A stretch of 64,000 nucleotides of DNA, from positions 107,384,001 through 107,448,000 of the forward strand of contig OZ024741.1 of assembly GCA_964016885.1 (NCBI GenBank). The letters are read 5' to 3'. Shown one piece after another: positions 42,031 through 55,050 of the stretch (position 1 is the first letter of the stretch; each line of letters opens with the position of its first letter). The notes beneath the pieces are model-generated. The model was not told the DNA's origin. It saw only the letters and a program-made list of their open reading frames with translations, and made no database searches. This DNA is from Eledone cirrhosa (lineage: Eukaryota). The position numbers and the translations under genes are program-made.

Positions 42031-42337
42031 TATATATATACATACACATACACAGATAGATGTGATTCATTCTGAGTTGAAACTTCCTTCTTAGATAATT
42101 TCTTGAAATAAAAACTTAAAAAAATACATATACATATTTTTCATCTGTGAAACTGAATATAAAATTACTGGACATAATTATATTTTCTTCTTATCCTTTT
42201 CATAAATATTCCTGCTAATGTTTCACCTGGTTTACTTTCAGTTTCGTTTAAAAAAAAAATAGCTTCTTGTTTAATGGAGCATTAAAAGTCGGAGCTGTTA
42301 AAAGTACAGTTAATTATACAAATAATAATGATAATAA

Positions 42338-42755
42338 TAATTGTTTTTACATTAGGCACAAGATCAGCAATTTTGGAGAAGGGAAAATCGATTAAATCGA
42401 CCCCAGTGCATTACTAGTGCTTTATTTTGTCGACCCCGCAAGGATGAAAGGCAAAGTTAACCTCGGTGGTATTTGAACTCAGAATGTAAAGGGACGTAGT
42501 TCTATGAATCGAAGCTCTAACGATACTGCCAATTCACCGCCCTAATAATGGTTTCTTATAAAGGCACAAGGCCAGCAACTTTGGAGGAGGGGAAAGTCGA
42601 TTAAATCGACCCCAGTGCATTACTTTATCGACCTCGTAAGGATGAAAGGCAAAGTTAATTTCGGTTGGATTTGAAGTCAGATCATAAAGGACCGTAACTC
42701 TATGCTGCAAAGCATGGCGTCCGAACCTCTATCGATACTACCAATTCACTGCCCT
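42338..42755 (-). mobile_element. Two tandem tRNA-SINE copies (longer variant)
   Basis: Reverse-complement match to the consensus. Confidence 0.8.
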
Positions 42756-43140
42756 AATAATAATAATGATGATTTCTTTATTGGCCACTAGGGCCTAAAT
42801 ATAGTGCACAATACAGAAAGACAGGGACAGTAGGGTTTAACAGTAAAATCGAGTAGAAAAAAAAAAAATTCTCATATACTGACATATGCAGAAAAGGTGT
42901 ACATGTTACGGTTCTATAACTGAGTTCAATTTCAATGTACGTAAAATATCATTTCTTTGCTGATGTTTCAGTATATATGTCGACATATTGATGGATCGAT
43001 TCTGATTGACTTTTGAATGCAAGTAACACAGACACAATATATCTATCTATTGGTGTATTGATCTATATAGTATGTCTGTATTTGTGTGTGTGCATCAATC
43101 ATGCACAAATAAACACATTAATGGAACTAGCCTATATTAT

Positions 43141-43320
43141 TGGCAGTATCGGTGGAGGGTCGGACGCCATGCTTTGACGCATAGAGTTACGGCCCTTGCC
43201 ATTCTGAGTTCAAATCCCGCCGAGGTTAACTTTGCCTTTCATCCTTACGGGGTCGATAAAATAAAGTACCAGTAATGCACTGGGGTAAATGCTGGCCTTG
43301 TGCCAAAAGTAGAAACAATT
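43141..43320 (+). mobile_element. tRNA-SINE, full-length reference copy
   Basis: tggcagtatcgg (A-box-like), gagttcaaatcc (B-box), central gcctttcatcc...ggtcgataaaata.agtaccag domain, AT-rich 3' end. Confidence 0.9.
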
Positions 43321-44590
43321 ATATATGTATTACATTCATTACTATATATATTTCATAGCTATTTCAAAAAGGCCGATTCAAAACAAACTACACAAAAGTA
43401 TGGTGTTTGTAAGTGTGTATTTGCATACATGTACACATAAAAGTATATCTATATCTTTTCATGGTCGATTGGTCGGCGACTGAACTGGCTCCCCCACCAG
43501 ACCCTCTTTTGGCGAGGAGGATAAGTGAAACCTCAGCAATACAAAAAAAAAAAAATCAAGAGCTGTAAAAACAAAATCGGATGATCTCCTCGGAGTCAAC
43601 GGCAATTCACTCCAACACTGGTGTAAATAGCCACACCAACCCGCTATTGTAAACACTCCCAAATAACGTAGACCATAAAACAAGAAATTATTGTTATGGT
43701 TTAATTTCATAAATGTTTGCACGCTCATCATAGAATAAATATCTCTATGATTTCATGTCGATCAGAATAATGCTATAGGAATGGTATATATGTTGTACAG
43801 GATATTGAATTACTTGAGATGATTCGTCAAATTATCATGACATATATAGTCTGACGACGCAATTTAATTGTAAATAAGCTATAATTACTAATTAAAAATC
43901 AAAACAATGCTAAATGAATATACCTTAAGTTTATATTAAATCTTCAAACAGACAACATATTCTAGCACAATGTATTAATTTCAAATTAAACTGATGATTT
44001 CTGTTATTGCTATAGCATATACAGAGTGTGTAAAAATACCAAACTATTATCACTTTTGGATCTTATTGGACCCTCATCAGAAGACGTGCATATCATCGAA
44101 TCAGCCACAAGGTAAAATATATTTGATGGGTATATATACACATTTGCTTTTAGTGCTAAGCAGACATACTAATTTGGAAATAATTAGCGTTCATGTTGGT
44201 AATTAATTAAAAGATATAGGAAGAAGTGCTCTAGCAAGTGTACGATAAAATTATATTTGTATAAATACAGTGTGTAACCGAGATTGCAACAATGTGTATA
44301 AATATATATACCCATATCTAATATGTAGGCATTCAAGAAAAATACGAATTTCCCAGTAAATTGAAAAATCATCATTAATCGATTTTTGATCAAATATAAT
44401 TTAGTACAGGGTGCCTATGCACGTCAAAAGTGATGACTTTGTTTAAATATACTTTATTTCTGTAAGAGTATTATGAAAATTCTTCAATAATTTTGTCCAC
44501 AGAGGTCATCCACACGAAACAAAGTATTATAAAAATTGAAGCATCTCAAAGATCAATCACAAAAAGATAGATGGCATGAACACTACATTA

Positions 44591-46364
44591 CACCGTGTAA
44601 CATATTTTTTGTTCCCCGGTTCTAAGTGTCATTTCATGGTTTGTTATATCCCATTATTATAAAAAAACACTATTATTTAATCAGAAGTTTGGGTTTGTGG
44701 TCGGAGTTTGATATTTCGAAATTTTCATATTTTTCAAGAAAAAAAACATTTTTTTAAAATTTATCAGTTCATATAATTAAATCAGCAGAGTATATATTTA
44801 TTTTATTACACACGCTTATCAAAAGCAAACAAGTAAAAACAAATAACACTTATAAAGCAACTTATACACGTCAGAAATGATTGGATTTCCTGGATTTGCG
44901 GTTGTAAACCAGGTCGCATTCCCGCACTAGCCCCCATTTTTTCATTGTAGTGGCCCTGGTACCCCCGCTCTATCTCTTTCATATCTTGGTGGAATCGTTC
45001 GCCTTGTTCTTCTGAGTAGGCGCCCATATTATCCTTGAATTTTTCCATGTGAGCGTCCAGCATATGCAGTTTAAGCGAAATCCTGCATCCCATGGCGCCA
45101 AAAGCCTTTATCAGATCCTGCACCAGTTGCTCGTAGTTTTCAGCTCTGCAGTTGCTCAGAAAGCCCTTAACAACTGCCTTAAAACAGTTCCATGCTGTTC
45201 TCTCAATCCTATTGAGCTTATTGGAGAACTCGGTAGACTCAAACACCTTCTTTATCTGAGGTTCAACAAAAATTCCACCTTTGATTTTGGCCTCAGATAA
45301 CTTGGGGAAGAACTCAAGAAGGTACTTAAAAGCGGCTGATTCTTGGTTGAGAGCCTTCAAAAACTGCTTCATCAACCCCAACTTAATGTGCAGTGGCGGC
45401 ATGAGCACAATCCTGGGATCAACCAGTGGCTCCCACATGACGTTCCGGGTCCCAACTACAAATTCTGTTCGCTGATCCCAGTTCTTTCTTTTGTAGTGGT
45501 CAGAGGTGGCTCTGCTGTCCCAAAGGCAGAGGAAGCATTGGAATTTGATAAAGCCTCCTTGGAGTCCAAGCAGGAAAGCCACCATCTTGAAGTCTCCAAT
45601 GATTTCCCAATTGTACTGGTTGTATTGCAGAGCTTCCAAGAGGACTTTCACACTGTAGTAATCTTCCTTTAGGCAGACTGAATGAGCTAGGGGCAGTGTC
45701 GGGAACTTGTTTCCATTGTGGAGGAGAACAGCCTTCAAACTTGTGGTGGAACTGTCTATAAATAGCCGCCACTCCTTGGGCCCAAACGGCACCCCAATAA
45801 TCAAACAGTCCAGGCACATCATGGCAGAAGCAGAGGCCAGCCCTAAGAGTGTAAAAGTCTGAGAAAGGTTTGTGTCGACTTCTCTGACTTGTCAGCTGCA
45901 CTTCCTCCTTGACCAAGTTCCACTGCTTCATCCTGGAGACGAATAGCTCTGCATTGGACTTGGTCAGACCCATATCCCTGACCAAGTCATTGACTTCTTT
46001 TTGGTTTGGGAAGTGAGAAACTTTTTCTGGTACCCAGTATCAATAAATCTCTTTAATCCACTTTTTAACAATTTTATACTTTATTGCACTTTTATAATTT
46101 TCTTTAGGTATTACTCTTTATTTTATAATTTTAATTTAATCTGAAACATATATAAAAAAATCATTTAACATAAGCAAATTAAACTTACATACAACGTAAA
46201 ATCCAGCATACAAATAATTCTAGTGAATAGCTTAGAATTTTTACAAACCCCAACTTTTAACTGTTTAATAGCACTTTTTTTTTATTTATTTGGGACCTAA
46301 GCAACACAAAAAAAGTGATTACAAGCCAGGAACAGAGAAACATTTTTTTATTTGTTACACGCTG
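44591..46364 (-). mobile_element. Chapaev3-like (CMC superfamily) DNA transposon, internally deleted
   Basis: Termini caccgtgtaaca (44591) and tgttacacgctg (46364), ~110-bp imperfect TIR similarity, TTA on both flanks, transposase remnant inside. Confidence 0.8.
44900..46030 (-). pseudogene. Chapaev3-like transposase, frameshifted and N-terminally deleted
   Basis: EWRLFIDSS...GDFKMVAFLLGLQGG...CFLCLWDSRA...PPLHIKLGLMKQF...SEEQGERFHQD. The upstream frame VRDMGLTKSNAELFVSRMKQWNL joins by a frameshift near 45800. Confidence 0.85.
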
Positions 46365-46650
46365 TTATCTGCATGATGTATCAGCATTGCCCAAATGATG
46401 ATGGCATCATCTTTAAAATGCACCTAAAGCTTGGGCCCCGTGTTATCTGTCCACAACAAAAATCAAACTCGCATCGCATAACAAGATTGCGGCACAATTA
46501 TTTCACCTCAATTGGTCCGGCTCTCATTAAAACAGCAACAGACCCCATAAAATTGAAAAAGTCTTTGGACAAATTCTTTCAAGAAATCCCGGATAAACCT
46601 TTATACACAGATATGTCTCCATAAAAAATAACTCTCTACTTGAGTGGGCC
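46365..46650 (+). mobile_element. CR1-type LINE 3' end, interrupted by the Chapaev element (left part ~44495-44590)
   Basis: FTSIGPAL...KKSLDKFFQEIPDKP is a typical CR1 ORF2 terminus. Left flank reads KIEASQRSITK. Confidence 0.6.
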
Positions 46651-46889
46651 ACGGTGAGATGTATCTATTATATAGACATTAGTAAAATCGAGTTGCATAT
46701 CGGCTATCGATTAGTCGGTATGTCGATATTACCATGAATAAACAACCTCCTGAAACGATCTTAAGACAACGAATTAGTTAAATCTCTAAACCTCGCCTTT
46801 TACTTTCATTGTCCAACCTATATATATATATATATATATACATATCAATGATATTAATAAATGGAAACTATATTTATAAAACCATATTT

Positions 46890-46948
46890 ATTCTATTATA
46901 TATATTTCAAGGGTACCAAAACTTTGGTACGCCCTCATCAGATGAAAT
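46890..46948 (-). ncRNA. Hammerhead motif (family I), helix I damaged in this copy
   Basis: Reverse complement atttcat-CTGATGA-gggcgtaccaaa(gt)tttggtaccctt-GAAA-tata... The sister fragment at ~30915-30975 supplies GAAA-tatata-TA-atgaaat, which completes helix I. Confidence 0.55.
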
Positions 46949-47064
46949 ACAAAGTTTGTTTTATAAATATTGACATATCCAGGAATGAGACCTTAACGGT
47001 TCAAGTGTTACCTATATATATATATATGTGGAGAGAGACAGGATATATCAATGTACACCATTGT

Positions 47065-48075
47065 GGATTGGCAGCATCGGTAAAGGGTCGGACACCATGC
47101 TTTGACGCATAGAGTTACGGCCCTTGCCATTCTGAGTTCAAATCCCGCCGAGGTTAACTTTGCCTTTCATCCTTACGGGGTCGATAAAATAAAGTACCAG
47201 TACCACTGGGATAATTGCTGGCCTTGTGCCAGAAGTAGAAACAATTATTTATACAATGGTAGGGCGGTGGATTGGCAGTATCGGTAGAGGGTCGGACGCC
47301 ATGGTTTCCAGCATAGTTACGTCCCTTTACGGACTGAGTTCAAATCCCGCCGAGGTTAACTTTGCCTTTCATCCTTGCAGGGTCGATGAAATAAAGTACC
47401 AGTACTGTACTAAGTAATTGCTGGTCTTGTGCCAAAAGTAGAAAGAATTATTTATACAATGGTAGGGCGGTGGATTGGCAGTATCGGTAGAGGGTCGGAC
47501 GCCATGGTTTCCAGCATAGTTACGTCCCTTTACGGACTGAGTTCAAATCCCGCCGAGGTTAACTTTGCCTTTCATCCTTGCAGGGTCGATGAAATAAAGT
47601 ACCAGTACTGTACTAAGTAATTGCTGGTCTTGTGCCAAAAGTAGAAAGAATTATTTATACAATGGTAGGGCGGTGGATTGGCAGTATCGGTAGAGGGTCG
47701 GACGCCATGCTTTGCAGCATAGAGTTACAGCCCTTTATAATCTGAGTTCAAATCCCACCGAGTTTAACTTTGCCTTTCATCCTTACGGGATCGATAAAAT
47801 AAAGTACCAGTCACGCACTGGGGTCGATTTAATCGACTTTCCCCTCTCCCAAAATTGATGACCTTGTGCCTTTATAAGAAACTATTATTTATACTATGGT
47901 GGATTGGTAGTATCGTTAGAGGGTCGGACGCCATGCTTTCCAGCATAGAGTTATCTTCCTTTACGGACTGAGTTCAAATCCCGCTGCCTTTCATCCTTAC
48001 AGGGTAGATAAAATAAAGTACCAGTAATGTACTGGGTAATTGCTGCCGTTGTGCCAAAAGTAGAAACATTTATTT
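47065..48075 (+). mobile_element. Head-to-tail array of five tRNA-SINE copies
   Basis: atacaatggtagggcggtggattggcag at 47251, 47454 and 47657 (203-bp period). Confidence 0.9.
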
Positions 48076-48559
48076 ATAAATATGTTTATATGTGTCTGTG
48101 GAAGTGATCGTGCGCACCGCAGCATGTGTGATTACGTTATACGCGGGCATAAGATATCTTTCTGTGAGAGAAAGAGATATCTCCTGGCAAAGACTTTGTT
48201 TTTGAACAGAGATTGAAGAATTCTAGCAATCAGTTCTGATTCCAATAATTGAAAATGTAACTAATTTCCTTTCTTTCTTTTATTGGTCCAAACTTTACAT
48301 TTATTTATACGGAATCAATATGTGATGTCGCTACTTATTTATCTGTCACTATAGCTCCCTCAATCCCCATTCTTTCCTCTTCCTTCTCTATCTCGCTATT
48401 CCAATACACTCGCTGTATATCAATACATCTAGCCATTAATCTAATAATCTCACCTCTATATTATCCTTCCTCAGTTAATCCAACAGCAGTCCCAAGCATA
48501 TAACTGAATTTCTACTAAATTTCACCGAATCTATCACTAAAACACAATGCCTCGATCAC

Positions 48560-50385
48560 AACTAGTATCACTTTCACATTACCCTCTTGCATTCAAAATA
48601 ATCTTTCGAGCTCCACTTTCAATTCAGAGTACTTGGTGATTTTTTCAATCTCCTTACTCGCAATACTCATGTCATTTGATATAGCTACGTTGATCTGACA
48701 GTATTTGTCCGGTCGGTGATACTCAATTATTCTATCAATTTAAAAATCATAATTCCAAAATATCATTGCTTTCCCATCCTCCTACATTACCTTACAATTC
48801 TCTATAATTTCATATTAGTATTTACGACACAAAAGCCAATGAATGTATAGACAGATGCTATCATGGCCCCCACATCCACTTACCAAGTGGGTTACATTTT
48901 CAACCTTCTATCCACAGAGCCTACATTTCTGGGTGTCAGAAATTTTGTAGATGTTGTACTTCACTGAGTTGGTAGCAAGAACTTAGTCTTGCGCTGCAAC
49001 TATAATGCTTTCAGTGGCCCATTTCAAATCACCTTGCTTAAACTATGTCCACGATGTTATATCCTTGATATCCAATTTATTTATTTCAAATTTACCATAC
49101 CTTCTTATTTCTAGATCTTCTCTTCTTTTCTCTTCAGCTCTTTGGTTAAACTCTTCCTATCTAACCATTTCTACTGTATTTATACCCATATCTTATGCTG
49201 AATATACAACAACTCGTCGTCACTTTTTACCAAATATTCTGCAAGCGTTTTCATTTCACTCCTTATAGAATGATCCACACTGATGAGGCCTCTGCCAACA
49301 GTCTTTCTCTTCATAAATAGTCTATTAATATTTGCTTTAGGGTATACAGCTCCATGTATTGCCATTAACTTTCTCCTCTTTCTATCAAATTTTAATATTT
49401 CTTCTTCAGTACATCTGAGAATGGATGCATTATATCTAGCCACTGCAACTCCCTTATATACATGTAAATACGTTTTTTTTTTAAACTGAGAAAATAAATG
49501 TGGGAAGATAGGAGTAAGAGGAGATTAAAAAAGAAGTATTCAAGATTTTAAAAGATATGAATTAATTTTGCATTAAGGATATTTGAATGATATCAAATAT
49601 CAATTAAATTGACTAGAAAAATTAAACAGAAAAGAATTTGTTGAAATATATTACAATGACAACATTTTACGAAGTATGTAGGTGGTACTTGTTAGAACTA
49701 TGTTTTGAATTTCATAGATGCTATGTTTACCAGATATATTTTCTAGAAACATTTGAACACCTTTCTTTATGACACCTAGAACATCTATCATTATCGGAAT
49801 AGTTTGTGTTTTAAGGTGCCACATTATGTTTATCTCAATTTCCAGATCTTTATATTTTGAAAGTGTTTCGTACTCTTTCGCTGACACACTTCTATATTGA
49901 GAGTACAGTCATGTTAAAGAATAAGCAGGTTTTGTTTTTAAAATCTTTAATAATAACATCATGGCAGTTTGCATTAATAGTGCGATAAATGTGAATGGTA
50001 AAGTCCCAATGATTGTTGCTCCGTCCGTCTCACTACTTGTGGTTTGGGTTCATACCAGTTTTCTGTAATTTCTGCATTGTATGTTTTGCATATTATCATG
50101 TCCAACCCTATATTATATTGGTGTTAGCTTGGAGCATTATGTGGTCAAATGCTTCAAGTTCTACGTCACATATCTGGTCCAGGGTGGTAAAAATAAGTTC
50201 TTCTGTTTCAGTCTTTAATCCTGAACTTTGTAGACACTGATAGGTTCTGCTTGATCTACATCAGCATCGTGGGTGCAAAGTGGGAATTGGCCATGCAGAG
50301 GTTTTGTTGCCATATTTCTCTAAATGATTTTAGACAGCTTTAACTTGCTTCTGTGGATTTTTGCTGCTTTGGTCACCTTCATTAT
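48560..50385 (-). mobile_element. Two R4/Dong-like (RLE) non-LTR fragments (~48560-49445 and ~49651-50385)
   Basis: EEILKFDRKRRKLMAIHGAVYPKANINRLFMKRKTVGRGL (RT thumb) and KYKDLEIEINIMWHLKTQTIPIMIDVLG...IQNIVLTSTTYILRKML (RLE terminus). Confidence 0.75.
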
Positions 50386-50412
50386 TTAGGTGTGTCTTCA
50401 GTTTTTACTGAA

Positions 50413-50582
50413 TTGGCAGTATCGGTAGAGGGTCGGACGCCATGCTTTGACGGTCCTTGCCATTCTGAGTTCAAATCCCGCCGAGGTTCACTTTGCCGTT
50501 CATCCTTACGGGGTCGATAAAATAAAGTACCAGTAATGTACTGGGATAATTGCTGGCCTTGTGCCAACAAGTAGAACATTAT
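50413..50582 (+). mobile_element. tRNA-SINE
   Basis: Consensus match. More diverged copies at ~53915-54130, 55745-55945, 55990-56170 (-) and 57400-57805 (-). Confidence 0.8.
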
Positions 50583-50744
50583 TATCATTATTCTGGTTAA
50601 TTTCTATATTGTTTTATTACTTCTTTTATTCAATCTTTCTGTATTGTTTCTTGTTTCTGTCTCTCTTTCGTCCTTTCTTTCTTTTCTTCGTTCTATATTT
50701 CTTTCCTTTTCACCTCGTCGTTTTCTGTTATTTCTTTGATCTAC

Positions 50745-50803
<59 letters not shown>

Positions 50804-51974
50804 GTTTTGCTTTCATCCTATTTGTATTCAACTTCCCATTCCTATTCCATATATAATAAATACATTACCATCTCTACATTCTGTGTCTATATATGTGTGT
50901 CTATCTGTTTATATGTAAGGTTGTTTTATATCTTGTTTGTTGATAACTTTATACCTTCATACTCCATATTACATCCGTCTGTTTAGATCTCTAAAATATG
51001 AAACTATTTTCGACAATTAATTAATTGCCCCCCTAATTATTTTTCCATAAGTTATTCATTCGTCAATTCATTCAACTTCAGTCAATCATTGCAGCAAATT
51101 TTTCTTCTAACAGAAAACACAAAACAACAATAATGGCAGTCCTTTCCACATAAAAAAAAAAATAAACCCAAAAGAAATTAATTTAATTCATCATCGATAT
51201 TTTTTTTTATCAAAATTAAATTTCCATGGCAGGACTTTGAAAATTCCAATATTGGCTGGGATTTAAATTTGAGAATTCTTCAACTGAACAGAATTTCTAT
51301 CTTGTATGAGATTGGTAAAATTATAGAAAGTGGAACTGTCATCGCATCCTTACGAGAAAATGAATACTTTTAACAATAATTCTATTTTCTTTCTTCCTTA
51401 TTTTTTTCTCATTCTTCTTTAATGTTTCTATCTCTGTCGTTCAATTTCATTCCTTCATTTATTAAAAAAACAAACTGCATCTCCTGTCCCTTTACCACAT
51501 TACACAATTCTCTCTTTATATATATGTATGTATATGTAATATAGTATAATACATATATACATATATATATATATATGAGTATATGTAGTGTATGTATGAT
51601 ATATGTATGTGTGTATGTATGTATGTATGTATGCATATATATATATATATATATGCGTGTGTGTGTGTATGTATGTGTGTGTGTATGTATGTGTATATGT
51701 GTGTGTGTTTATGTGTCTTTCATATCTGTCTAATTATATATATAGTTGTTTTATTTTTCTATTTTTCTAACGAGTTTATTTTCGTCTCTAATTGCTAGGG
51801 GTTTTATCTCTCCCTCCCCCCACTCTCTCTCTCTGTCTATCTATCTACCTACGTACCTACCTACCTTCCTACCTACCTACCTAACTACTGCCTGTCTATC
51901 TATCTATCTATATCTGTCCCCTTCTTTTGTGCCCCTGTGGCTAATAAAGAAACATATATATATCTATCTAACTA

Positions 51975-52900
51975 TCTCTGGGCGCCTGGCACACCGGCTG
52001 TCAGTGGAGAATCCACCTCGTCATTCTATAGAGGGCTAGTGGTTAGCAGGTACGACGACGCCCTCGGAGAAGCCCTAGGCATGGAGGAAGACGAACTGAC
52101 CAACCTGTTCGGTAGGAAATTCAGCCCGGGACCCATGGATAACTTCCAGAGGTCCCTGGCCTGGCAGTGCTACCGAGGGGCTCTTCCCGTTCGAGAAAGA
52201 CTCTACAGATACGGACGCCCGGGTAGGGACCCCTCGAAAAAGATCTGTCCCAGATGCGTGTGCGACGAGGAAACCGTTGCACACGCATTGGTACACTGCT
52301 CGGGCATTGCCAATCTGTGGGGCTATGTCGAACAACTGCTGTCAAGGGTGGGACCGATCCGTTGACCACCGAGTCTATTGTAACGATCAAGCCGCCTCCC
52401 CTCTTCAAAAACGAAGGAGAGGCGGTGTTTCTGTGCGTAATAGCCATGGCGAAAGAGGTTGTATGGTGGACACCATTCTCTCTGGCCAACAACTGGTCCG
52501 TTTCTTCCGATATCATTTCAGAAGAAGGATCAGGATGGAGAGAGAGGTGCTGCACCCCAGCCGTTTTTATGAAAGATGGGTGAAAGTGGCGAGAATGGCC
52601 CGTGTGAATGGGCCTTCACTCTACATCAGACTATAGGTGAGGAAGATGAAAGACCAAGGAAGCACCGCTTCCTTGTGCTCCTGAGGAGAAGGGTTGCACA
52701 CTTTTTTCGGGGGTGTGTGCGACCCCCCAAGGCGCCTCCTCTCTATTGAGGACTTTGTTATAAATTTTATTTTTTGTTATATTTTATTTTATTTTTATAT
52801 ATTGTTATTGCCTCCTCCTTATTGAGGACGCCTTGTTTTGTAAACTCCCCCCATTGTACTTGTCCCACTTTTGATGCCCTGGTGGCAAATAAAAGAAACA
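51975..52900 (+). mobile_element. Tx1/L1-clade LINE 3' end in (TATC)n
   Basis: LAWQCYRGALPVRERL...CPRCVCDEETVAHALVHC..IANLW is the L1/Tx1 CCHC knuckle region. GC-rich, ends aataaaagaaaca-(tatc)n. Confidence 0.8.
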
Positions 52901-52923
52901 TATCTATCTACCTATCTATCTAC

Positions 52924-53002
<79 letters not shown>

Positions 53003-53547
53003 CCGCTCTATTTCTTTCTTTGTTTGTTTATTTATTTATTTCCTTCTTTCTATTAATTTAATTCTTCGTTCCCTCCTTCTCTTCCTCTTCCATGCATTCT
53101 ATTTACCTTATTTTATCTTGTCATTCAGGTTTTTATTTCTATTCCATTTATAATCAATACGTTACTATCACTATATTATATGTATGTGTGTGTTTAACCG
53201 TCTCTGTGTATGTGTCTATACGTCTATGTATGTGCGCGTAGCTGTTCCTCTGTGTATGTGTGCGTGCGTGTGTGTTTATCTCCCTGTCTACTTGTTTGTA
53301 TATATAACTGTCTCTATGTGAGTGTCAGTGTGTTTGTGTATATGTCTGTGTGTATAGTTGTTATGAAATGTTATTTCTTTCTATCTTTAAACCTTCTTGC
53401 ATTTATTACTTTAAAATATGAAACTATTTTCTACAATTAATTAATTGCTTCCTTAATTATATATTCCATAAAATATCCGTTATGTTATTCAACTTCAATC
53501 GAACATTGTGACGGAAAACGAAAACATTTTACCGCAAATATAAATCA

Positions 53548-53603
<56 letters not shown>

Positions 53604-54269
53604 CTGTTAAGGAATTAGATGAAAGAATTTTCCAAATCACCAGAATCCCTATATAGTATGATATGCTAAAGTAGAATTAAATGGATCTGTTATGGCAGTC
53701 AACCATAAAAGCTTGCTATATTTCTATATTTAATACAGTATGTTTCATCCTCACTTGTTGAGTTTTTCATTTATAAGGGAGGCAACTTGCTATAATATCT
53801 AGATTCTTGCTAATAATTAAGACAACTCTATATACATTTTTTATTTAATACTTATTCTAATCCTGTTACGTTTCAGCTGTTATATTTTATTTTTAACATT
53901 TATTTCTCTAAAGGTGCTGGATTAGATCATTAGAACACCGGGCAAGATGCTTTTCGGTATTTAACAGCGGCTCTTTACCTTCTGAATTCAAATCCCGCCC
54001 TAATCAACTTTGCCTTTCTTCCTCTTGGGGGTCGACAAAATTACGTACCAGTTAAGTACAAGGGTCGATTAAATCGAGTTTACCCTCCCCACAAATTACT
54101 GCTCCTGTATCTAAATTAGAAATCAATATTTATTTCTCTAATATTCATAAACAACGTGATGTTTCTACCTAGTTGTGCTACATCCACGGAAACTAATGAG
54201 GGCTCATTAAATTATTATGAGAACAATGATACTTACCAAAGGTTGATCGAAGAAAGATCAGGAAAGATA

Positions 54270-55050
54270 AAAATATTGACAAATGTGTTTGAAAATGATT
54301 ATGGCGGGTACTTTACTGGTGTCTAAAATAGTGGATAAAATTGTGGGTAGCATTATGAGTAAACTGGTGGGTTGATGTTGGGTAAAATTCTGGATAAAAT
54401 GTTCGATATCATGGTTAGAAAAGAGTCGGTACTGTGGTGAAAATGTCGGTAAGAAGTGTGTGCGGGGAATAAAATGGCTGCTAAAGGTTTGGTAAATGTT
54501 GGGTAAATGTTGGATGAATGTTGGATAAAAGTAGTGGGTTGATGTGGGGTGGGAGTCAAGGTAAATATTGGGTAGGTGTTGGGTAGACGTGAGGTAGATG
54601 TAGGGCACATGTTAGTTAAATGGTGGGTATATGTGGGGTATATATTTTGAATAAATGTTGGGTGAGTAGCGGGTAAACGTTAGGTAAATGGGCGTAAAGC
54701 TTTGGTAAATGGATATATGTTGGGTTAGTGTTGGGTGAATGCTGTGTAGAAATGATGGGTAAATGGTAGGTACATGTCTGGTGGATATGGCAAAAATGCC
54801 GTGTATATGATGGATAAATTATGCATAAATGTTGGGTAAATGGTGGGTAATGTTCGTTCAATGTTGGATTAAAATTTTGGATGAAATGGGTGGGTAAAAA
54901 AGTTGGATAAAAATGGCAGACAAGATGACGGGTAAATTTTGCTGAAAAATTGGGTAAATGGTGGGTAAATATGTGGTTGGTAAGAAGATGGATAAAGAAT
55001 GAAAAGAAAATGTTGGTTAAGATTATGGGTAAAATGCTGGGTAAATTAAA
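54270..55050. repeat. Degenerate ~11-12-bp repeat (gttgggtaaat-like)
   Basis: Recurrent tgggtaaat/tggataaa motifs with strong G/T strand bias. Confidence 0.7.

Noticed and set aside
43141-43230. tRNA genes at SINE heads
   Set aside because: A/B boxes are present but there is no cloverleaf, and all continue into the SINE body.
54270-55050. Interstitial telomere
   Set aside because: The motif is gttgggtaaat-like and degenerate, not (TTAGGG)n.
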